A stretch of 64,000 nucleotides of DNA from an uncultured Candidatus Rokubacteria bacterium (GTDB lineage Bacteria > Methylomirabilota > Methylomirabilia > Rokubacteriales > CSP1-6), in the NCBI GenBank assembly GCA_963771355.1, contig CAVYTA010000007.1, positions 256,001-320,000 of the forward strand, in the 5' to 3' direction. A program made the position numbers and the translations under genes. Numbering within the stretch: the stretch's first letter is position 1; every line of letters starts with the position of its first letter. Of the stretch, positions 58,335 through 64,000 are shown in pieces. The notes under the pieces are model-generated. The model saw nothing but the letters and a program-made list of their open reading frames with translations. It did not search any database and was not told where the DNA came from.

Positions 58335-59552
58335 ATGGCAAATCATCCCAAGCGGGCCTTCCACATCGCCTCCGAGCCCGACATCAAGTCGGGGGAGGTG
58401 TCGGACGTCTACTTCGCCCGCACCGTCGAGATCCTCCGCGCCAAGGGCATCAACAAGCGGGTCAAGGCCGAGATTCGCCTCAAGAGCTTCCCCCAGGCCG
58501 ACTGGTCCTTCGGCATCCTCGCCGGCATCGAGGAGGCGGCAATGCTCCTCGAGGGCATCCCCATCAACGTGTGGACCATGGACGAGGGCACCATCTTCGC
58601 GCCGTACGAGCCGGTGGTGGTGGTGGAGGGGAACTACCTCGACTGGGCCGTGTACGAGACCGCCCTCCTGGGCTTTCTCTGCCAGGCCTCCGGCATCGCC
58701 ACCAAGGCGGCGCGCTGCAAGCGCGCGGCGGGGGAGCGGCAGGTGATCTCCTTCGGGGCGCGTCGCATGCATCCGGCGCTGGCGCCCATGATCGAGCGCA
58801 ACGCCTTCATCGGCGGCTGCGACGGGGTGGCGGTGACCAAGGCCGCCGAGCTCATCGAGGCCGATCCCATGGGAACCATTCCCCATGCCCTCGTGCTCAT
58901 GTTCGGCGACACGGTGGAGGCGCTGCGCGCCTTCCACGAGGTGGTGGATCCCAAGGTGCGGCGCGTGGCCCTCATCGACACGCTGCAGGACGAGAAGTTC
59001 GAGGCCATCCGGGTGGCGGAGGCGCTGGGCAAGGATCTCTACGCGGTCCGGCTGGACACGCCGTCCTCCCGGCGCGGCGACTTCTTCCGCATCCTGGAGG
59101 AGGTGCGGTGGGAGCTGGACTTCCGCGGCTTCGAGCACGTCAAGATCCTCGCCTCGGGCGGTATCGACGAGTACGAGATCCTCAAGCTCAATTCCCTCGT
59201 GGACGGCTATGGTGTGGGGACCTCGATCGCCAACGCGCCGGTGCTGTCCTTCGCGCTGGACATCATGGAGATCGAGGGCCGGCCGATGGCCAAGCGCGGC
59301 AAGCAATCCGGCGCCAAGCAGGTGTGGCGCGTGCCCGGCACCGTGCAGAACCTGGTCCTGCCCGCGCACAAGCCGGCGCCCCGGGGTCCGGATGGCCGGT
59401 CCGCCGAGGCCCTCCTCAAGCCCCTCCTCACCGGCGGCCGCCTCGTCCGCGACCTCCCGCCCCCGCGCACGATCCGGGACTACGTGCTGGAGCAGATGGC
59501 GAAGATCGACATCGGCGCCTCCCGGGAGCGCGGCCTGCGCGGGGACTACTGA
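58335..59552 (+). CDS. pncB: nicotinate phosphoribosyltransferase
   Basis: DVYF, SFGARR, GTIPH, LIDT, VRLDT, ASGG, YGVGT. Confidence 0.88.
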   Translation: MANHPKRAFHIASEPDIKSGEVSDVYFARTVEILRAKGINKRVKAEIRLKSFPQADWSFGILAGIEEAAMLLEGIPINVWTMDEGTIFAPYEPVVVVEGNYLDWAVYETALLGFLCQASGIATKAARCKRAAGERQVISFGARRMHPALAPMIERNAFIGGCDGVAVTKAAELIEADPMGTIPHALVLMFGDTVEALRAFHEVVDPKVRRVALIDTLQDEKFEAIRVAEALGKDLYAVRLDTPSSRRGDFFRILEEVRWELDFRGFEHVKILASGGIDEYEILKLNSLVDGYGVGTSIANAPVLSFALDIMEIEGRPMAKRGKQSGAKQVWRVPGTVQNLVLPAHKPAPRGPDGRSAEALLKPLLTGGRLVRDLPPPRTIRDYVLEQMAKIDIGASRERGLRGDY

Positions 59553-59569
59553 GGGCCGGGCCCCACGCC

Positions 59570-60355
59570 ATGGGCGTGCTCGATGAGATCGTCGCCCACA
59601 AGCGTGAGGAGGTCGCGGCCCGCCGGGTCGCCCGCCCGCGCCGCGCCCTCGAGGCGGCGTGCCGGGAGCTCGCTCCCGCGCGCGATTTCGCGGAGGCGCT
59701 GGCGCCGGGCGGGGGCCGCCGCGTCCGCCTCATCGCCGAGGTGAAGAAGGCCTCGCCGTCCAAGGGCGTGCTCGACGCCGCCCTCGATCCCGCGGCCCAG
59801 GCGCGGACCTATGCCGACGCCGGCGCCGACGCGGTGTCCGTGCTCACCGATGCCCGCTGGTTCAAGGGCAGCCTCGACGACCTGGTGGCGGCGCGCGCGG
59901 CGGTGCCGGTCCCGGTGCTCCGGAAGGACTTCACGGTGGACGAGTATCAGCTCTGGGAGGCCCGCGCGGCGGGGGCCGATGCGGCGCTGCTCATCGTGGC
60001 CGCGCTCGACCGCGAGACCCTTCGCGATCTGCACTCGGCGGCCAAGGGCATCGGGCTGCACACGCTGGTGGAGGCGCATACCGCCGCGGAGCTGGAGGAG
60101 GCGCTGGCGCTGGGCGCGCGGGTGGTGGGCGTGAACAACCGCGACCTCCAATCGCTCCAGACGGACCTCGCCACCGCGCTCCGGCTCCTGCCCCTGGTGC
60201 CGCCGGGGCACGTGGCGGTGGCGGAGAGCGGCATCTTCACCCGCGACGACGTCGCGCGCATGGTCGGCGCGGGGGCGCACGCCGTGCTGGTGGGCGAGGC
60301 GCTGGTGCGCGCCGGCGACGTGGCCGCGAAGGTCCGCGAGCTCACGCTCGCGTGA
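59570..60355 (+). CDS. trpC: indole-3-glycerol phosphate synthase
   Basis: IAEVKKASPSKG, LRKDF, GVNNRDL, AESGI. Confidence 0.95.
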   Translation: MGVLDEIVAHKREEVAARRVARPRRALEAACRELAPARDFAEALAPGGGRRVRLIAEVKKASPSKGVLDAALDPAAQARTYADAGADAVSVLTDARWFKGSLDDLVAARAAVPVPVLRKDFTVDEYQLWEARAAGADAALLIVAALDRETLRDLHSAAKGIGLHTLVEAHTAAELEEALALGARVVGVNNRDLQSLQTDLATALRLLPLVPPGHVAVAESGIFTRDDVARMVGAGAHAVLVGEALVRAGDVAAKVRELTLA

Positions 60356-60366
60356 GGGCCGTCAGC

Positions 60367-60984
60367 ATGGTGCGGGTCAAAATCTGCGGGATCACGCGGG
60401 TCGAGGACGCCCGGCTCTGCGTGGAGGCGGGTGTCCACGCGCTGGGCTTCATCTTCGTCGAGAAGACGCCTCGCTTCGTCACCGCCGCCCAGGCTCGGGC
60501 CATCATTGCCACGCTCCCGCCCTTCGTGACCCCGGTGGGCATCTTCTGGGACCATGCCCCGGGCCACGTGAAGGCCGTCGCCGAGGAGTGCGGGCTGGCC
60601 GCGCTACAGTTCCACGGTGACGAAGCGCCGGAGGATCTCGCGCAGTACCGGCTGCCCGTGATCAAGACGGTCAAGGTGGACGGGCCCATTGCCCCCGAGC
60701 GCCTCGCGCGCTACCAGGTCGCCGCCTTCTTGCTCGACTCGCCCACGCGCTGGAGCGAGGGCGAGGCCCGGGTGCCCATCTCGTGGGAGGTGGCGCGGGA
60801 TGCCGCCGCCGCCGGGCACCGCATCGTGCTGTCGGCCGGTCTCACCCCGGACAACGTGGCCGCGGCGATCCGCGTGGCACGCCCCTACGCGGTGGACGTG
60901 AACTCCGGCGTCGAGGCGCGGCCGGGGGCGAAGGATCCCGACAAGGTGCGCCGCTTCATCGCCGCGGCGCGGGACGCGGGATGA
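60367..60984 (+). CDS. trpF: phosphoribosylanthranilate isomerase
   Basis: VKICGIT, QFHGDE, DVNSGVE. Confidence 0.93.
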   Translation: MVRVKICGITRVEDARLCVEAGVHALGFIFVEKTPRFVTAAQARAIIATLPPFVTPVGIFWDHAPGHVKAVAEECGLAALQFHGDEAPEDLAQYRLPVIKTVKVDGPIAPERLARYQVAAFLLDSPTRWSEGEARVPISWEVARDAAAAGHRIVLSAGLTPDNVAAAIRVARPYAVDVNSGVEARPGAKDPDKVRRFIAAARDAG

Positions 60985-62207
60985 CGGCGCGCGCCGTGGA
61001 CCCCGCCGCGCTTCCCGACGCCGACGGCCACTTCGGCCGCTTCGGCGGGCGCTTCGTCCCCGAGACGCTCATGGCGCCCCTCATCGAGCTGGAGCGCGCC
61101 TTCCGCGCCGCGCGCAAGGACCCCCGCTTCCGGCGCCGCCTGGGCGACCTCCTCCGGCACTACGCGGGCCGGCCCACCCCGCTCTACTTCGCCGAGCGCC
61201 TCACCCGGCACTGTGGCGGCGCGCGCATCTACCTCAAGAGAGAAGACCTCTGCCACACCGGGGCCCACAAGATCAACAATGTCCTGGGCCAGGCGCTCCT
61301 CGCCCAGCGCATGGGCAAGCAGCGCATCATCGCCGAGACCGGTGCCGGCCAGCACGGGGTGGCCTCGGCCACCGCCGCCGCGCTCCTCGGGCTGGACTGC
61401 GAGGTGTACATGGGGACCGTGGACGTCGAGCGCCAGGCGCTCAACGTCTTCCGCATGCGGCTCCTCGGCGCCAAGGTCATTCCCGTGGAGAGCGGCTCCC
61501 GGACGCTGAAGGACGCCGTCAACGAGGCCCTCCGCGACTGGGTCACCAATGTCCGCACGACCTATTACCTGCTCGGCTCGGTGATGGGACCGCATCCCTA
61601 CCCCATGATGGTGCGCGATTTCCACCGCGTGATCGGCGAGGAGACGCGCGTCCAGGTGCGCCGGCAGGCGGGACGGCTGCCCGATCTGCTGGTGGCCTGC
61701 GTGGGCGGCGGCTCCAATGCCATCGGGCTCTTCTGGCCCTTCATCAAGGACCGGCGCGTGCGCGTGGTGGGAGTGGAGCCCGGCGGCCACGGGCTCAAGA
61801 GCGGCAAGCATGGCGCGTCCATCACCGCGGGGGCGGTGGGCGTGCTCCACGGGAGCATGTCCTATCTGCTCCAGAACGACGACGGGCAGGTGACGGAGGC
61901 GCACTCGATCTCGGCCGGCCTCGACTATCCCGGCGTGGGTCCCGAGCACGCGTACTACAAGGACGCGGGGCGCTTCGAGTACGAGTCGTGCACCGATGAC
62001 GAAGCCCTGGAGGCGTTCCAGATTCTCACGCGGCTCGAGGGGCTCATGCCCGCGCTGGAGTCGGCGCACGCCATCGCGTACGCGATGCGGGCGGCGCGCG
62101 GGATGAAGAAGAGCGAGATCGTGGTGGTGGGGCTGTCGGGGCGCGGCGACAAGGACGTCCACACCGTCGGCCAGGTGCTGGACGGGCGAGGAAACGGGCA
62201 CCCATGA
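60981..62207 (+). CDS. trpB: tryptophan synthase beta subunit
   Basis: [30 protein letters not shown]. Confidence 0.97.
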   Translation: MTARAVDPAALPDADGHFGRFGGRFVPETLMAPLIELERAFRAARKDPRFRRRLGDLLRHYAGRPTPLYFAERLTRHCGGARIYLKREDLCHTGAHKINNVLGQALLAQRMGKQRIIAETGAGQHGVASATAAALLGLDCEVYMGTVDVERQALNVFRMRLLGAKVIPVESGSRTLKDAVNEALRDWVTNVRTTYYLLGSVMGPHPYPMMVRDFHRVIGEETRVQVRRQAGRLPDLLVACVGGGSNAIGLFWPFIKDRRVRVVGVEPGGHGLKSGKHGASITAGAVGVLHGSMSYLLQNDDGQVTEAHSISAGLDYPGVGPEHAYYKDAGRFEYESCTDDEALEAFQILTRLEGLMPALESAHAIAYAMRAARGMKKSEIVVVGLSGRGDKDVHTVGQVLDGRGNGHP

Positions 62208-63016
62208 GCCGCCTGGACGACACCTTCGCCGCCCTGCGCGCGCGCGGTGAGCGCGCCCTCGTCCCGTACTTCACCGCGGGCGATCCGTCGCTGGCCGTCA
62301 GCGCGCGACTCATCGTCGAGGCGGCGCGCCAGGGTGCCGACGTCATCGAGCTGGGCGTGCCGTTCTCGGACCCGGTCGCGGACGGGCCGGTGATCCAGCG
62401 GGGTACCCAGCGCGCGCTCGCCGCCGGCTCCACGCTCCCGCGCGTGCTCGAGATGGTCCGTGATCTCCGCGGCGAGGTCGCGGTCCCCATCGTCTTCTTC
62501 ACCTACTACAATCCCATCCTTGCCTTCGGCCTCAAGGCGTTCTGCCGGACCGCGGCGGAGGCCGGCGTCGCCGGCGTGTTCGTGGTCGACCTGCCCCCCG
62601 AGGAAGCGGGGCCGCTCCACGCCGAGGCCGATCCGCTGGGCTTCGATCTCATGCACTTCGTGGCCCCCACCACCCCGCCCGCGCGGATGCGGAAGATCGC
62701 CCAGGCCACCCGCGGCTTCATCTACCTCGTCTCGCTCACCGGGGTCACCGGCGTCCGCTCCGCCCTGCCGCCCGACCTGGTGGCGCTGCTCCGCACCCTG
62801 CGCGGCGTGACCACCAAGCCGGTCTGCGTGGGCTTCGGGATCGCGACGCCCGAGCAGGCGGAGATGGTGGGGCGCGTCGCGGACGGCGTGATCGTGGGCT
62901 CCGCCATCGTCCACCTCGTCGAGCGCCATGCCGGGTCCGCCGAGCTCGTGCCCGAGGTCGGTCGCTTCATCGCCTCCCTCAAGGCCCCGCTGCGGGCCCT
63001 CGGCGGCGGACGGTAG
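62204..63016 (+). CDS. trpA: tryptophan synthase alpha subunit
   Basis: [26 protein letters not shown]. Confidence 0.96.
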   Translation: MSRLDDTFAALRARGERALVPYFTAGDPSLAVSARLIVEAARQGADVIELGVPFSDPVADGPVIQRGTQRALAAGSTLPRVLEMVRDLRGEVAVPIVFFTYYNPILAFGLKAFCRTAAEAGVAGVFVVDLPPEEAGPLHAEADPLGFDLMHFVAPTTPPARMRKIAQATRGFIYLVSLTGVTGVRSALPPDLVALLRTLRGVTTKPVCVGFGIATPEQAEMVGRVADGVIVGSAIVHLVERHAGSAELVPEVGRFIASLKAPLRALGGGR

Positions 63017-63021
63017 CCGCC

Positions 63022-63888
63022 ATGGCCTGGTTCTGGAAGAAGAAGGAAGAGGGGGAGGACGCGCCGCGCAAGAAGGTCCAGATCGCCGAGGGGCTCTGGG
63101 TCAAGTGCGACTCCTGCAAGGAGATCGTCTACCGCGCCGAGGTGGACCGGGCCGGGCGAGTCTGCCCCCGCTGCAAGTATCCCTTCCGCATCTCCGCCCG
63201 CGAGCGCATCGCCGCCATCCTGGACGCCGATTCCTTCGAGGAGCGCGACGTCGGGCTCACCTCGCGCGACCCCCTGGAGTTCAAGGACACCAAGCGCTAC
63301 AGCGACCGCGTCAAGTCCGCCCGCAAGTCCACCGGACTCGAGGAGGCGGTGATCACCGGCATGGGCCGCGTGGGCGGGCTCCCGGTGGTGCTGGCCGTCT
63401 TCGAGTTCGGCTTCCTGGGGGGCAGCATGGGCTCGGTGGTGGGGGAGAAGCTCACGCGGGCCATCGAGCTGGCCACGCAGAAGCGGGCGCCGCTCATCAT
63501 CGTGTCGGCCTCCGGCGGCGCCCGCATGCAGGAAGGCATTCTCTCGCTCATGCAGATGGCCAAGACCTCGGCGGCGCTGAACCGGCTCGCCGAGGAGCGC
63601 GTGCCCTATCTCTCGCTCCTCACCGATCCGACCACCGGCGGCGTCACCGCCAGCTTCGCCATGCTGGGGGACGTCATCCTCGCCGAGCCCCGCGCCCTCA
63701 TCGGCTTCGCGGGACCGCGCGTGATCGCCGAGACCATACGGCAGCCGCTCCCCGACGGCTTCCAGCGCTCGGAGTTCCTCCTCGAGCACGGCCAGCTCGA
63801 CATGGTCGTCGAGCGCCGCGAGCTCCGCGACACGCTCCGCCGCATCATCGCCTTCTTCGGAACAGGCCCCGTCCAGCCGTCTCCATGA
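63022..63888 (+). CDS. accD: acetyl-CoA carboxylase carboxyltransferase beta
   Basis: LWVKC..C zinc finger, GGSMG, SGGARMQEG, GFAGPRVI. Confidence 0.96.
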   Translation: MAWFWKKKEEGEDAPRKKVQIAEGLWVKCDSCKEIVYRAEVDRAGRVCPRCKYPFRISARERIAAILDADSFEERDVGLTSRDPLEFKDTKRYSDRVKSARKSTGLEEAVITGMGRVGGLPVVLAVFEFGFLGGSMGSVVGEKLTRAIELATQKRAPLIIVSASGGARMQEGILSLMQMAKTSAALNRLAEERVPYLSLLTDPTTGGVTASFAMLGDVILAEPRALIGFAGPRVIAETIRQPLPDGFQRSEFLLEHGQLDMVVERRELRDTLRRIIAFFGTGPVQPSP

Positions 63889-64000
63889 CGTATCGCGAGG
63901 CCGTGGCCCGGCTCCTCGCGCTGCGGGGCGGGGAGATGGCGGGCATGCGGCCGGGGCTGGCCCCCATCCAGGCCCTGCTCGACGCCGTCGGCAATCCCGA
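63885..64000 (+). CDS. folC: folylpolyglutamate synthase, 5' partial
   Basis: MTYREAVARL...MRPGL..I..LL..VGNP; usual position after accD; runs off the window. Confidence 0.75.
   Translation, partial: MTYREAVARLLALRGGEMAGMRPGLAPIQALLDAVGNP

Overview
High-GC (~70%) bacterial window. Gene content and style suggest a Rokubacteria/Methylomirabilota-like genome, which is an inference only. The left third (1-24 kb) is catabolic and sulfur-related: a thiolase-LLM monooxygenase-two sulfurtransferases operon, acyl-CoA ligase, TauE, SDR, PepP, a second LLM, an ICL/PEP-mutase lyase with non-canonical LeuCD plus NudC and RidA, a PEP-CTERM-associated acyltransferase, and a Tat-exported SoxY-SoxZ fusion that also carries a superoxide-reductase-like 4His/1Cys site. 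The middle (24-57 kb) is a large type IV pilus neighbourhood. It contains a diguanylate cyclase, HD-GYP, a small Arg-rich protein and pilT; a Ser/Thr-rich major pilin with three nearby TMTC-like (GT-C + TPR) glycosyltransferase genes; a frameshifted CHASE2 adenylate cyclase; a PEP-CTERM protein; minor pilins including a 700-aa Cys-rich PilX-like protein; an assembly operon in MSHA-like order (M-N-O/P-secretin-ExeA/MshM-TPR/MshN-ATPase-PilC); and a PilS/PilR-like pair. Four sigma-54 promoters lie upstream of the acyltransferase, DGC, pilin and PEP-CTERM genes. The right end is housekeeping: galU, pncB, trpCFBA, accD and partial folC. No rRNA, tRNA, CRISPR array or mobile element was seen. The best candidates for undescribed biology are pilin glycosylation by TMTC-like enzymes and the SOR-site SoxYZ hybrid. 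All product calls come from motif recognition by eye; no database search was run.
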